This document shows positions 1 through 9,313 of a stretch of 53,498 bases of DNA, piece after piece (positions within the stretch are counted from its first letter, which is position 1; every line of letters begins with the position of its first letter). This DNA comes from Woeseiaceae bacterium (GTDB lineage: Bacteria; Pseudomonadota; Gammaproteobacteria; Steroidobacterales; Woeseiaceae): NCBI GenBank assembly GCA_037386205.1, contig JARRMH010000001.1, positions 1-53,498 of the forward strand, given 5' to 3'. The notes beneath the pieces were generated by a model. It was not told the origin of the DNA, did no database searches, and saw nothing but the letters and a program-made list of their open reading frames with translations. The position numbers and the translations under genes were made by a program.

Positions 1-996
1 GTGCACGATCTTCGCACGTGGCAAGACGCGCGCGCCGCGATCGCCGACATGTACGTTCGCGGTGCGCCCCTGATCGGCGCAACAGCAGCGTGGGGTCTGT
101 ACCTGGCCGCCATCGAGTCCCCCCGGGCGGCGGCCGTCGCCGAGGCCGCCCGCCAGCTGCTCGAATCACGACCGACGGCCGTCAACCTCCGCTGGGCGGT
201 CGAGCGCGTTCTGCATTTGCTGGATACGACCGCTGAGTCCGAGCTTGCGGACCGCATACGGCGCGAGGCCCAAGCAATCTGCGACGAGGACATCGAGATC
301 AGCCGGGGCATCGGAACGCACGGCCTGGCTTTGCTCGAGGAGATCGCGAAGCAGAAGCCCGGCGAGCCGGTCAACGTACTGACGCATTGCAATGCCGGTT
401 CGCTCGCGACGATCAACTACGGGACCGCCACGGCCCCGATCTACTTTGCGCACGAGCGCGGGATCGACGTGCACGTCTGGGTCGACGAGACCCGGCCCCG
501 TAACCAGGGGTCGCAGCTCACGGCATGGGAACTCGCCGAAAGCGGCGTTCCGCATACACTTGTCGTCGACAATGCAGGCGGTCATCTCATGCAACACGGG
601 TTCGTCGACATCGTGATCACCGGTACCGACCGCACGACTCGCTGCGGCGACGTCGCCAACAAGACGGGCACCTACCTGAAAGCCCTGGCCGCGCGCGACA
701 ACGACATTCCTTTTTACGTCGGATTGCCATCGACGACGATCGACTGGCGCAGCCGGGACGGGGTGCGAGACATCCCGATCGAAGAGCGCGATGCCGCCGA
801 AGTCAGCCACGTCTACGGCATCAGCGATGGCCGGCCGACCTGGGTCCGTACCACGGCCACCGGCACGCCGATCAGTAACTATGCCTTCGACGTGACGCCG
901 GCCCGGCTCGTGACTGGCCTGATTACCGAGCGCGGCATCTGCGAGGCCTCTGAAAAGGGGCTGCTGGAACTGTTCCCCGAAATGTCGGACCGGTGA
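1..996 (+). CDS. mtnA: S-methyl-5-thioribose-1-phosphate isomerase (MtnA), 5'-truncated by window edge
   Basis: ORF is open from base 1. MtnA/eIF-2B-like motifs are present (VRGAPLIGATAAWG, HCNAGSLAT, VDETRPRNQG, GTDR..GDVANKTGTY). Roughly 40-50 N-terminal residues appear to be missing. Confidence 0.9.
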   Translation: MHDLRTWQDARAAIADMYVRGAPLIGATAAWGLYLAAIESPRAAAVAEAARQLLESRPTAVNLRWAVERVLHLLDTTAESELADRIRREAQAICDEDIEISRGIGTHGLALLEEIAKQKPGEPVNVLTHCNAGSLATINYGTATAPIYFAHERGIDVHVWVDETRPRNQGSQLTAWELAESGVPHTLVVDNAGGHLMQHGFVDIVITGTDRTTRCGDVANKTGTYLKALAARDNDIPFYVGLPSTTIDWRSRDGVRDIPIEERDAAEVSHVYGISDGRPTWVRTTATGTPISNYAFDVTPARLVTGLITERGICEASEKGLLELFPEMSDR

Positions 997-1616
997 GCCT
1001 CGACGAAGGCTACATCAAGTACTCAATGGAGTGGTCGTTTGCCCCGCCGCCCATGCCGGCCGTCGCGCGCGAACTCGAAACCTGGCGGCGGCCGCTGTAC
1101 GAGGCCGGCCTGATCGGCCATTACGACGATCTCGACATCGGTTATGGCAATATCAGCCGCCGCTGCGGCGAGCCCGGGCAGTTCCTGATCAGTGGCACGC
1201 AGACGGGCGAGATCGCGGCCACCTCTGAACGGCACTACGCGCTCGTCACGTCGGTCGACATCGACGCCAATACCGTGACGTGCGTGGGCCCCGTCAGGGC
1301 ATCCTCGGAAGCGATGACCCATGCTGCAATCTATGCCCTCGACGCCCGTATCGAAGCGGTCGTGCACGTGCACAGCAGGCGGCTTTGGCAACGCTATCGG
1401 GACGAGTTGCCCACGACCGACGCCGCGGTGGCCTACGGCACTCCGGCGATGGCGCGGGAGTTTGCGCGGCTCTTCGCCGGGGCCGCTTTCGAGCAAACGC
1501 AGACCGCGGTCATGGGAGGACACGAAGAGGGCCTGGTCAGCTTCGGGCCGTCCCTTGCAGACGCCGCCCGCCGCATGCTCAGTCTCGCTCGTCCGGAGGA
1601 ACCGGGACCAGGTTGA
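993..1616 (+). CDS. class II aldolase/adducin-domain protein, possibly methylthioribulose-1-phosphate dehydratase-like
   Basis: Class II aldolase pattern GNISRR..LISGTQTG..SSEAMTHAAIY..AVVHVHS. GTG start overlaps the mtnA stop (GTGA), suggesting translational coupling. Confidence 0.7.
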   Translation: MSLDEGYIKYSMEWSFAPPPMPAVARELETWRRPLYEAGLIGHYDDLDIGYGNISRRCGEPGQFLISGTQTGEIAATSERHYALVTSVDIDANTVTCVGPVRASSEAMTHAAIYALDARIEAVVHVHSRRLWQRYRDELPTTDAAVAYGTPAMAREFARLFAGAAFEQTQTAVMGGHEEGLVSFGPSLADAARRMLSLARPEEPGPG

Positions 1617-1980
1617 AGCGAAACGTGCGGCAGGCCTTGATGTTCGGCACCGTCTCGCCGGGGGGAATCGGCCGCCACGTCGACCGGCGAATCGCCACGA
1701 CTGCCGGCTTCTCGAACAAGCGGTGCGTGCTGTTACGGACGGTGACGCGTTGCGGAAAGCCATCGCGCGAGATATCGAAGCAGACTTGCACTTCGCCTTC
1801 GATGCGCCGCATGCGAGCCTCTTCGGGATACTCGGGGACGATCGTGTTGGCCGGCATCCGGTCGTAATCGGTATCGATCGGCTCCACACCGTTCTGTGCA
1901 GCGGCCGGCAGCACCAGCATGCAGCCGGCCACCACCCCGGCCAGCCTACAGCTTCGTATCACTGTCGGCCGTCTCGTCAC
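1579..1980 (-). CDS. TonB C-terminal domain-containing periplasmic protein
   Basis: N-terminal signal-like segment (LAGVVAGCMLVLPAAAQ) followed by a TonB_C-like core (PEYPEEARMRRIEGEVQVCFDISRDG). GTG start. No proline-rich spacer, so it is not a full TonB. Confidence 0.65.
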   Translation of the reverse strand: MTRRPTVIRSCRLAGVVAGCMLVLPAAAQNGVEPIDTDYDRMPANTIVPEYPEEARMRRIEGEVQVCFDISRDGFPQRVTVRNSTHRLFEKPAVVAIRRSTWRPIPPGETVPNIKACRTFRFNLVPVPPDERD

Positions 1981-2509
1981 CGCGATCCCGACGTTCGTCG
2001 ATTTCTACGGTCGGAACGACCGGATCGGTCGCATCGAGAAGTTTCGCCTTGGTGAGCGCCAGGTTTTTCGACTTCGGCCGCAGCTCCTGCCCCTTCCTGA
2101 CGTCCTCTTCAGACAACTCGTACTCGCCGAGTTCGAGATAGACCAGCGCCCGGTTGTTATACGCGCGCCAGAACCCCGGGTCCTCTTCCAGTACGCGGTT
2201 GCACGCCTGCAACGCTTGCTGCGGCTTCTTGACCATGAGGTAGCCGGCGCAGAGATTCGACAGCGCGGCCTTGGTCTCGTGAGAACCCCGGGCGAACTCG
2301 AGACCCTTTTCGGTCAGCTCCACGCCGCGCTCGAAGTCGCCCCTGACGAGTGCGTCCGCGCCGTCAGAGAGATACGGATTGCGCGGCCCGATGACCGTTT
2401 TGTGGCTGTCGAGCGTGTCGCTGCTCGTGCGCTGCGCCGCGGCGTTGTCTGCAGCGAACAGCAGACCGGCGAGAATGATCGTACCTGCCGCCAATACTTT
2501 GATCTTCAT
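1946..2509 (-). CDS. secreted TPR-repeat protein
   Basis: Internal start MKIKVLAAGTIILAGLLFAADNAAAQ gives a signal peptide, and GGAG lies upstream of ATG 2509. TPR-like helices are visible (ALSNLCAGYLMVKKPQQALQACNRVLEEDPGFWRAYNNRALVYLELGEYE). The track ORF's 62-aa N-terminal extension is rejected. Confidence 0.75.
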   Translation of the reverse strand: MKIKVLAAGTIILAGLLFAADNAAAQRTSSDTLDSHKTVIGPRNPYLSDGADALVRGDFERGVELTEKGLEFARGSHETKAALSNLCAGYLMVKKPQQALQACNRVLEEDPGFWRAYNNRALVYLELGEYELSEEDVRKGQELRPKSKNLALTKAKLLDATDPVVPTVEIDERRDRGDETADSDTKL

Positions 2510-2538
2510 TTCAGGACTCCCCTCCGCGCGGCCCGACT

Positions 2539-2967
2539 TCAGCCGCTGATGTAGTTCTCCAGCTGTTCTATTTCGAGTTGCTGGTCGGAGATGATGGCCT
2601 GGACGAGATCGCCGATCGAGATCATACCGATGACGCGGTTCCCGGCTACGACGGGAAGGTGACGAATGCGCTTCTCGGTCATTAGAGTCATACATTCATT
2701 GACACTCTGTTCCGCCGCCGCTGTGATGACATCGGTCGACATAACTTCCTCGACCTTGGTCGTCTCCGACGAGCGTCCCTTTAGTATGACCTTGCGCGCG
2801 TAGTCGCGTTCCGTAATGATGCCGACAATTTTCTCGCCTTCCATGACGAGCAATGAACCAACGACATGATCGGACATCAGGCTGATGGCGTCGTATACCG
2901 ACGCGTCCCGGGCGATCGATACGACGTTTGCCCCTTTGTGATCAAGTAAATGCTGAACGAGCTTCAT
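2539..2967 (-). CDS. CBS domain pair protein
   Basis: 142 aa starting at MKLVQHLL with two CBS motifs (VGSLLVMEGEKIVGIITERD; HLPVVAGNRVIGMISIGD). The upstream part of the track ORF is non-coding-like. Confidence 0.85.
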   Translation of the reverse strand: MKLVQHLLDHKGANVVSIARDASVYDAISLMSDHVVGSLLVMEGEKIVGIITERDYARKVILKGRSSETTKVEEVMSTDVITAAAEQSVNECMTLMTEKRIRHLPVVAGNRVIGMISIGDLVQAIISDQQLEIEQLENYISG

Positions 2968-3025
2968 CCTGCTTCCCCTTGGTCGATGCCGGCTGGTGCC
3001 TCGGTAGAAGTTTAGCAGATGCAGC

Positions 3026-3736
3026 CTAGCCGTCCTGTTCGACCGTCCCCTTGACGTCCGAGAAACTGATGCTGCCGCTCCCTGCATCGATGATAACCAG
3101 GTCCTGACCGACCTTCCGGACGCGGATGCTGCCGGAACCGTCGTCGATCGTAACGGTCCCGCCGACGTCCTCGATCGTGATACTGCCGGAACCGTCATTG
3201 ACATAGACGTCGCCGGTCGCATTGGAAACGTCGATCGAACCCGACCCATCGTCGATCTGCACGGCTCCCACGTTGCGCAGCTCGATGGAGCCGGAACCGT
3301 CGTCGATGACGATATCGGCATCAAGGTCCTCGACGTCGATCGAACCCGACCCATCGTCGATACGCGTGGCGAGCCCCGCCGGGGCCGTCACTTCGACGTC
3401 CACCCGCCCGCCGGAGCCCCGGCTCCACATCGACTGCTCTACGTCGGTAACGAGCCTGACCGTTTCCCCTTCGCGCTCCAGGCTGATTTTCACCTGTTCG
3501 CTGATAAACGCCCGCGCTTCGTCCTCGTCGCCATCGTCGATGACGATTCTCGCCCGTACTTTTATCGTCTCCTGACCCGCGACGCCCCGGACGTCGAGGC
3601 TGCCCGCGCCCACGTCGATGATAAATTGACGCGCTCCGTCGGCCGACACACCGAGCTCACGGACCTCCTGGTAATCGTCTGCGGCGACCGCCGTGAAACA
3701 GGCAAGGCCAAGGGCCGTGGCGACGAGAATGCGCAT
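3026..3736 (-). CDS. secreted DUF4097-like repeat protein (putative beta-solenoid/adhesin)
   Basis: Signal peptide MRILVATALGLACFTAVAADD. Six repeats of I-D-D/A-G-S-G-S-I with 17-19 aa spacing in the C-terminal half. Confidence 0.7.
   Translation of the reverse strand: MRILVATALGLACFTAVAADDYQEVRELGVSADGARQFIIDVGAGSLDVRGVAGQETIKVRARIVIDDGDEDEARAFISEQVKISLEREGETVRLVTDVEQSMWSRGSGGRVDVEVTAPAGLATRIDDGSGSIDVEDLDADIVIDDGSGSIELRNVGAVQIDDGSGSIDVSNATGDVYVNDGSGSITIEDVGGTVTIDDGSGSIRVRKVGQDLVIIDAGSGSISFSDVKGTVEQDG
3228..3361. repeat. intragenic direct repeat (exact 29-mer twice, 105 nt apart) inside the DDGSGSI repeat array
   Basis: acgtcgatcgaacccgacccatcgtcgat occurs at 3228-3256 and 3333-3361. Degenerate copies encoding DGSGSI lie roughly every 51-57 nt between about 3060 and 3370. 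Confidence 0.85.
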
Positions 3737-3805
3737 ATCAATCCCCTTGTCGATTTTCCGCGAATGGATATTTCTTGGATACCGGCCGGAGCCGTTTGGT
3801 TGCAA

Positions 3806-5149
3806 TCACTGCCGCCCGCGACGATAGGGGGCGAGACGCGTTTCCAGATCGGCGGCCGGATGCCATTTGCCGCGCAGCATGACGCCGTGAATACGGCGCC
3901 CGTTGCCGATGTCGTCCAGCGGGTTTGCATCGAGCAGAACGAGGTCCGCATCGCGGCCGACCGCGACGCTGCCGGTGTTGGTGCCGAGAAATTCGGCAAC
4001 TGCAACGGTGCCGGTTCGCAAAGCCTCGTACGGGCTGAGCCCTGCCGCGACGAGGACGTCGAGCTCCCGGTGCGTGGCGAATCCGGGCACGTTGAATATC
4101 TGCGGCGAATCGGAGCCGAGCAACAGGCCGGCGCCGGCGCGGTGCAACTCCAGAATCAGCCGGCGGCGCAATTCGACGGCCAGCATCGCGACCTCGGGGT
4201 CGTAATCCCGTTCCGCGAGTTGCGACTCTTTCGCCTGCACCCAGTTCTCGACCGTTGCGGCCGGCATGTAGCGCATTTCAGGCCGGCTGCGCAGCTCCGC
4301 AACGGGCGTCGTATCGACGAGCTGCTCGACGAGAACCTCGGTGGGCACGTTCCACGTGCCAGCTTCGGCCGTCGCGCGTGCAATGGCGGCGATCTGCCCG
4401 CGATCGATGTCGTCGGCCAGAAAAACGTCGAAGAAGCCGCCGTAGCCTCCTTCGCCGTGGTTATCCTTCGGCAGCAATTCGGCGAAATAGCCGTCGAGGT
4501 GGTCGATCGTGGCCATATTGAGCGCCAGTGCCCGCCGGACACCGGCCGCGACCGGGACGTGGCCGGCGAAAGGAATGCCGACCTCGTTGGCCGTCGCGGC
4601 GGCCATTTCGAACTCGTCCCGCGTCAGGCCGGGATGGATCTTGATGAAATCGTAGCCCGCCGCGTGCTGCTCGCGCACCATCCGGCGCGCCTCCTCGGCG
4701 CCGTTGACCGAGCGCCCGTTGAGGGACGGACCGGACGTCACCAAGCGTGGACCGAAGGTGGTGCCGGTTGCAAGATCGTCGCGTAACCCGATATGAGACG
4801 GCCGACCCAGCATGCCCCGGATCGTCGTCACGCCGTTCGCCACGTACAGCGCAAAGTAACGTTCGATTTCCGGCGTACCGGCTTCCGGAACGTGGGCATG
4901 CATCTCGGCGAGGCCGGGCATGAGATAGCGGTCGGTGCCATCGACGAGGCTCGCATGCTCGGGTATCGGTACCTCGTCGACCGGGCCGACGGCCGCGATC
5001 GTGCCATCACGGACCACGACAGTCTGCTGCCTGATGATGCCCTCCGTCGTCATCGGCACGACGTTGACGTTGACGAATGCGGTCGTCTCGGCGGCCAGGG
5101 CCGGCAGAGACAGACAGGCAGCCAGGGTCATCAGCAGGCGTCGTATCAC
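3806..5149 (-). CDS. secreted amidohydrolase family protein (metal-dependent hydrolase)
   Basis: Signal peptide MIRRLLMTLAACLSLPALAAE. Amidohydrolase pattern (PGLAEMHAHV, ..GYDFIKIH.., DADLVLLDANPL). ATGA overlap with the upstream gene. Confidence 0.85.
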   Translation of the reverse strand: MIRRLLMTLAACLSLPALAAETTAFVNVNVVPMTTEGIIRQQTVVVRDGTIAAVGPVDEVPIPEHASLVDGTDRYLMPGLAEMHAHVPEAGTPEIERYFALYVANGVTTIRGMLGRPSHIGLRDDLATGTTFGPRLVTSGPSLNGRSVNGAEEARRMVREQHAAGYDFIKIHPGLTRDEFEMAAATANEVGIPFAGHVPVAAGVRRALALNMATIDHLDGYFAELLPKDNHGEGGYGGFFDVFLADDIDRGQIAAIARATAEAGTWNVPTEVLVEQLVDTTPVAELRSRPEMRYMPAATVENWVQAKESQLAERDYDPEVAMLAVELRRRLILELHRAGAGLLLGSDSPQIFNVPGFATHRELDVLVAAGLSPYEALRTGTVAVAEFLGTNTGSVAVGRDADLVLLDANPLDDIGNGRRIHGVMLRGKWHPAADLETRLAPYRRGRQ

Positions 5150-6159
5150 GCGTTTCTCTCCTGTTCAGTGTCAGGGACCGGCAACCCGCCATCGAGTTCC
5201 AGCCCTTCGAGTTCATCCAGAACCGTGTCCGCAATGTTACCGCCGCAGATGACGACAACGACTTTTTTTCCCGCGACCGCGGCGCGGCGCTGCAACAGGG
5301 CGGCGACCGCAACGCCGGCGGCCCCTTCGATCACATCCTGCTCGCTGCGCATGAAGTCCCGCATCGCCCGGGCGATCTGTGGCTCGCTCACCTCGACCCA
5401 TTCATCGACGACGCGGCGGCTCAGCGGAAACGTCACGGCGTCCGGTTCGATGCCGCCAGCCGTGCCGTCCGACAATGTGGCCTCGCTCGGCAGCTCGAGT
5501 ATCTGCCCGGCCGCCACCGAACGCGCCATGACCGGTGACGCGAGCGGCTGACAACCAACGACCCGGATGCGCTCGTCGTGGTGCTTGAGGACACTGCCGA
5601 TACCGCCCACCAGCCCGCCGCCGCCGACAGCGACGAAGACAACATCGACATCCGGCAGGTCCTCGAGTATCTCGATGCCGATGGTTCCCTGTCCCGCGAT
5701 GACTTCCTCATCGTTGTACGGGGAGAGGTAGAACATGCCGTGTTGCCGGGCGTACGTGCGCGCGTGCTGCTCGGTATCGAGGCCGTCGCTGCCGAAATAT
5801 CGCACCGTCCCGCCGTAATGCTCGATCTTTGCCACCTTGGCACGCGAGGTCCGCTTGGGCACGAAGATCACGCCTCGAACGCCGAGTCGTTGCATCGCAC
5901 AGGCTACGGCTGCGCCGTGATTGCCGCTGGATGCCGCCACGCAGCCTCGCGCTCGCTGCTCGTCGCCGAGCGCAAGCAGTCGATTACTCGCACCGCGCAG
6001 CTTGAACGAGCCGGTAACCTGCCGATTCTCGAGCTTGAATCGAACCTCGGCGCCGAGGCGCTCGCTGAACACGGCGGAGTGCCGCAACGGCGTTCGCTCG
6101 ACGAAATCGGCAATGCGCCTGGCCGCCTGGTTTGCGAGTGTCGCCATCGCGGCCGGCAC
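5146..6159 (-). CDS. PLP-dependent threonine/serine ammonia-lyase family protein (short, no ACT-like regulatory domains)
   Basis: SFKLRGA lysine motif, SSGNHG and GGGGL loops. 337 aa, with no IlvA-type C-terminal regulatory domains visible. Confidence 0.85.
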   Translation of the reverse strand: MPAAMATLANQAARRIADFVERTPLRHSAVFSERLGAEVRFKLENRQVTGSFKLRGASNRLLALGDEQRARGCVAASSGNHGAAVACAMQRLGVRGVIFVPKRTSRAKVAKIEHYGGTVRYFGSDGLDTEQHARTYARQHGMFYLSPYNDEEVIAGQGTIGIEILEDLPDVDVVFVAVGGGGLVGGIGSVLKHHDERIRVVGCQPLASPVMARSVAAGQILELPSEATLSDGTAGGIEPDAVTFPLSRRVVDEWVEVSEPQIARAMRDFMRSEQDVIEGAAGVAVAALLQRRAAVAGKKVVVVICGGNIADTVLDELEGLELDGGLPVPDTEQERNA

Positions 6160-6160
6160 G

Positions 6161-7699
6161 TTACATCTGCCCCTCGATGGGCAGGAAGCTCATCAGCTTG
6201 GTAAGAAAACGTCGCCAGACGCTCGTGTGCGGCTCGGTCGTGATCACCTCGTCCCCGCCGACGGCTCGCAACGACCACTGCAACTTGATTTTTTTCGACA
6301 GGCCAAGCTCATAGGAATTCACGGGCAGCGTATTGAGGATGCTGGTCGCCATGATATTGGCCAGTTCGGCCGACTCGACGGCAAATCCCATCTCGGTATT
6401 GAGATACAGGGAACGAGGATCGAGATTGAATGAGCCGACGAATGAGCGGCAGCGGTCCACCGTGGCAACCTTGGAGTGCAGCGTCAGGGTCCCGTCCGAC
6501 TGTGTCGATTCGTGCCATGGCCGCAGTTCGTAGAGTTCGACGCCGCCGCGCAACAAGGGCTTGCGGTAACGCGCGTACACGGCGTGCACGCTCTTGTGGT
6601 TGGTTGACGCCAGTGAGTTGGTCACGATGACAACGCGTACCCCTTTGTTCACGAGCGACTCGAGGAAATCGACGCCCTGTTGCTGTGGCACGAAGTAGGG
6701 AGAAATAATGATCAGTTCGCGCTTGGCTGCCGAGACCATCTTCTGGAGATATCTTAGCGACGCGCTCGGCTCGTGGCGGATAAGGCTGCGCACCTTCTCG
6801 GGATGATCCTGGACGACCTCTACCTTTGCGTCGATCAGGTCGAGCTCCTGTGCGACCAGTTCGTCGATCAGGTGGTTGTCTACCGCCCCGAGGAACGGCC
6901 CGTCCCGATGCGCATCCACGAGTTTACTGGCTTCCTCGAGCGACTCCTCGACGCGACCGTGCGCGACGAGCTTATCGAATGCAGAAATCGGGATCGCTTC
7001 GCGCGAGTTCCAGTACTCGTCAAAGCCATCCGAAACCTCATCGACGGGCGAGCCGACCGCCAGCAGATCTTCATCGATGAATTCGGTGGTCCCGCCGGTC
7101 TGGTAATACTCATCCGCAAGGTTGCGTCCACCGACAATCGTCACCTGGTTGTCAACCGTGAACGTCTTGTTGTGCATGCGCCGGTTGAGGATATTGAAAT
7201 TTGCCAGAAGGCTGATGAACCGCGATCGACGCCGCGGAAAGGGGTTAAATACGCGCACTTCGATGTTCGGATGCTCGTCCAGCGACAGCAGGCCCGAATC
7301 GACATCGTCGGTCAGGGCATCGTCCATGAGCAGGCGGACGCGTACTCCGCGATCGGCGGCCGCCGCCAACTCCAGGGCGATGAGATTGCCGCTGACGTCA
7401 TCCTTTATCAGGTAACTCTGGATATCGATCGTCCGCTCTGCGCGGGCGATCAAGCCGATGCGCGCTCCGAGCGCGTCGCCGCCGGTATCGAGGCGATAAA
7501 CCGCTGCGGTGGCCTCGCGACCTTCGAACCACCCGGCGACGGCCCTGCCGAGCACGGTATCGGCCGTATCGGTCGCCTTGAGCGACTCGATTCGCGACGG
7601 CAGCTTGAAAAAGCGCTGGTACCGGGGCGGCAGTCGGCTGCCGACGAGTGTCGAGAACATTCCCATATCGCCGTAGTCTCCGCCTCCCTTGTGCTGCAC
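6161..7699 (-). CDS. phospholipase D / cardiolipin-synthase-like protein with two HKD motifs
   Basis: HKD motifs MHNKTFTVDNQ..GGRNL and LHSKVATVDR..GSFNLDPRS. The start could be 7699, 7666 or 7660. Confidence 0.85.
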   Translation of the reverse strand: MQHKGGGDYGDMGMFSTLVGSRLPPRYQRFFKLPSRIESLKATDTADTVLGRAVAGWFEGREATAAVYRLDTGGDALGARIGLIARAERTIDIQSYLIKDDVSGNLIALELAAAADRGVRVRLLMDDALTDDVDSGLLSLDEHPNIEVRVFNPFPRRRSRFISLLANFNILNRRMHNKTFTVDNQVTIVGGRNLADEYYQTGGTTEFIDEDLLAVGSPVDEVSDGFDEYWNSREAIPISAFDKLVAHGRVEESLEEASKLVDAHRDGPFLGAVDNHLIDELVAQELDLIDAKVEVVQDHPEKVRSLIRHEPSASLRYLQKMVSAAKRELIIISPYFVPQQQGVDFLESLVNKGVRVVIVTNSLASTNHKSVHAVYARYRKPLLRGGVELYELRPWHESTQSDGTLTLHSKVATVDRCRSFVGSFNLDPRSLYLNTEMGFAVESAELANIMATSILNTLPVNSYELGLSKKIKLQWSLRAVGGDEVITTEPHTSVWRRFLTKLMSFLPIEGQM

Positions 7700-7905
7700 G
7701 CAATTTTACAGAATCCCGCCACGCGCACCGGATCGTTGCGCGCTGCCGGCCGATGTGCCAGCATCGTCCTTCGTCCGACAAAGGCACACCTGTCGAAAGG
7801 CAGGGCCGCAAAACCTCCGGTCTAAGGAACTTTCTACGACAGCGGGGTTACCGACGCGTCACTGCGGCATGCGCCGCAGCCGATGTCTTTGGCAGGGCAA
7901 CACCG

Positions 7906-9273
7906 ATGCTGGAGACACGAATGGCTTCCCCGAGATTCCGTGACACCGGCCGCTTCGTGCGGCGCCCCGCCACGATCAAGACGCTGCGCCCCGCGACCCT
8001 TGCCGACCTGATGCGGTGCCTCGACCCGGCCAGCCGAATGAGGACGCCTATTCGAATCCGCGGCGCGGGAACGGCGGCCACCGACTGCAACAGCTGTGCT
8101 TCGGGGACGCTCATTGATATGACCGGCCTCGACCGTATCCTGCGGATCGACCCCTGTAACCGGACAGTGACTGCCGAAGCCGGCGTGCGTCTCGGTGCGC
8201 TCGTCGAGGCGCTGGCCGCCGAAGGTCTCGAACTCGTGGGCAACCATGACCAGATGGAACGCACGCTCGGCGGAGCGATCGCGTCACCCTGCATCGGCGC
8301 CGGCATTGGCGGCAAGGCCGCCTACCTGTCGACCCAGCTGCTCAGCCTCAAGCTCGTCACGTCAGAGGGCAAGCTGATGTCGGTAACCCACAAACAACGT
8401 CACCTGCTGAACGCAATACGCCTCTCGTATGGCCTGCTCGGCGCCATCTACGAGGTAACGCTGCGGGTGCGCCCGATTGCGATGTTCACCGCGGATCATC
8501 GCAGCATGGATATCACGTGTTTTGCCGATGTCGCCAACAGGCTGGCGCGCGCCGACGTGGGACAAAGATTCTACATCCTGCCCTACCGCGATCGCGTTTA
8601 CCTCGACCTCAGGCGGTACGGGCGTTCGGCCGGCAGCGCCAACGATACGGGCTGGAAAATCAAGGACTTCGGGGAGAGCACCGTACTGCCACACGTGTTC
8701 AAGTCCCTGAACCGCGTGCTGCCCATTCCGGCCGTCCGCTACCGGCTCATGGACAGGATCAGCACGGCAACGCACGGGCTCGTGAACACGAAACTGGTCA
8801 CTACCGGTAACAACGCCACGGCCACGGGGCCGCGCCGACGCCGCAAACCGAGAAACCTCTGGCAGTCGACCTGGTGTTTCCCGGCATCCGATTTTTCAGT
8901 GGTGATCAAGGCCTATCGCGAGTTCTGCAACACGACACTGGCGACATCGGGATTTCGTACCGACATGCCGGCGCTCGGCTTTCGTCTCGGCAGGGACACC
9001 TCGGCGTTGCTCTCGCCGTCGTTCGATGAGCCACTCGTCGCCCTGCACACGATGTCGACCAACGACAAGGGCTGGGAGGACTTCGTCATCGACCTCGCGC
9101 AGTTCGCGGAAAACTGGGGTGGCGTACCCCTGTTCAACCTGACGCGCGCAACCCGGGCCGAGTACACGCGGCAGATCTATGGCGACCGGCTCGAGTTCTT
9201 CCGCAAGATTCGCCGTCAGCTCGACCCCCGGGGACGCTTGCTGAACCCGTTTCTCGCCCAGTACTTCAGCTAG
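7906..9273 (+). CDS. FAD-binding (PCMH-type) oxidoreductase
   Basis: FAD_binding_4-like N-terminus (IRIRGAGTAATD, LIDMTGLDRILRIDP.., VTAEAGVRLGAL). The start is moved from 7648 to ATG 7906 because the first 86 codons overlap the divergent PLD gene and look non-coding. ATG 7921 is also possible. Confidence 0.7.
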   Translation: MLETRMASPRFRDTGRFVRRPATIKTLRPATLADLMRCLDPASRMRTPIRIRGAGTAATDCNSCASGTLIDMTGLDRILRIDPCNRTVTAEAGVRLGALVEALAAEGLELVGNHDQMERTLGGAIASPCIGAGIGGKAAYLSTQLLSLKLVTSEGKLMSVTHKQRHLLNAIRLSYGLLGAIYEVTLRVRPIAMFTADHRSMDITCFADVANRLARADVGQRFYILPYRDRVYLDLRRYGRSAGSANDTGWKIKDFGESTVLPHVFKSLNRVLPIPAVRYRLMDRISTATHGLVNTKLVTTGNNATATGPRRRRKPRNLWQSTWCFPASDFSVVIKAYREFCNTTLATSGFRTDMPALGFRLGRDTSALLSPSFDEPLVALHTMSTNDKGWEDFVIDLAQFAENWGGVPLFNLTRATRAEYTRQIYGDRLEFFRKIRRQLDPRGRLLNPFLAQYFS

Positions 9274-9285
9274 GACGCCCGGGAT

Positions 9286-9313
9286 GAGGGGTTACACCCG
9301 CCCTCTTTACTTT
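9286..9313 (+). terminator. possible intrinsic terminator after the FAD oxidoreductase gene
   Basis: Imperfect GC hairpin GAGGGGTTACACCCGCCCTC followed by TTTACTTT. Confidence 0.3.

Noticed and set aside
1579-1616. The 38-nt convergent overlap between the aldolase-like gene and the TonB_C gene, considered as possible evidence of mis-annotation.
   Set aside because: Both C-termini read as plausible protein, and several other convergent pairs in this compact genome also overlap or abut. It is noted but not considered remarkable on its own.
3060-3370. Periodic repeats of about 51-57 nt, considered as a possible CRISPR-like or tandem non-coding array.
   Set aside because: The repeats are in frame inside a signal-peptide-bearing ORF and encode the DDGSGSI protein repeat. 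There is no repeat/spacer structure and no cas genes.
6161-7699. The PLD-family protein, considered as a possible defence nuclease (Nuc/BfiI-like) or part of a defence island.
   Set aside because: It has two HKD motifs in a 512-aa protein, typical of PLD or cardiolipin-synthase enzymes. Its neighbours are metabolic genes, and no helicase, methylase or ATPase partners or mobile-element scars are present.
7648-7905. The upstream 86 codons of the FAD-oxidoreductase track ORF. Similar N-terminal extensions occur in track ORFs 1946..2695, 2539..3354, 3026..3805, 22706..23491, 31734..33797, 37425..40421 and 52245..53252.
   Set aside because: The extensions are arginine-rich or overlap neighbouring genes. 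Internal ATGs give proper signal peptides or N-termini, often with an SD, so the shorter starts are used.
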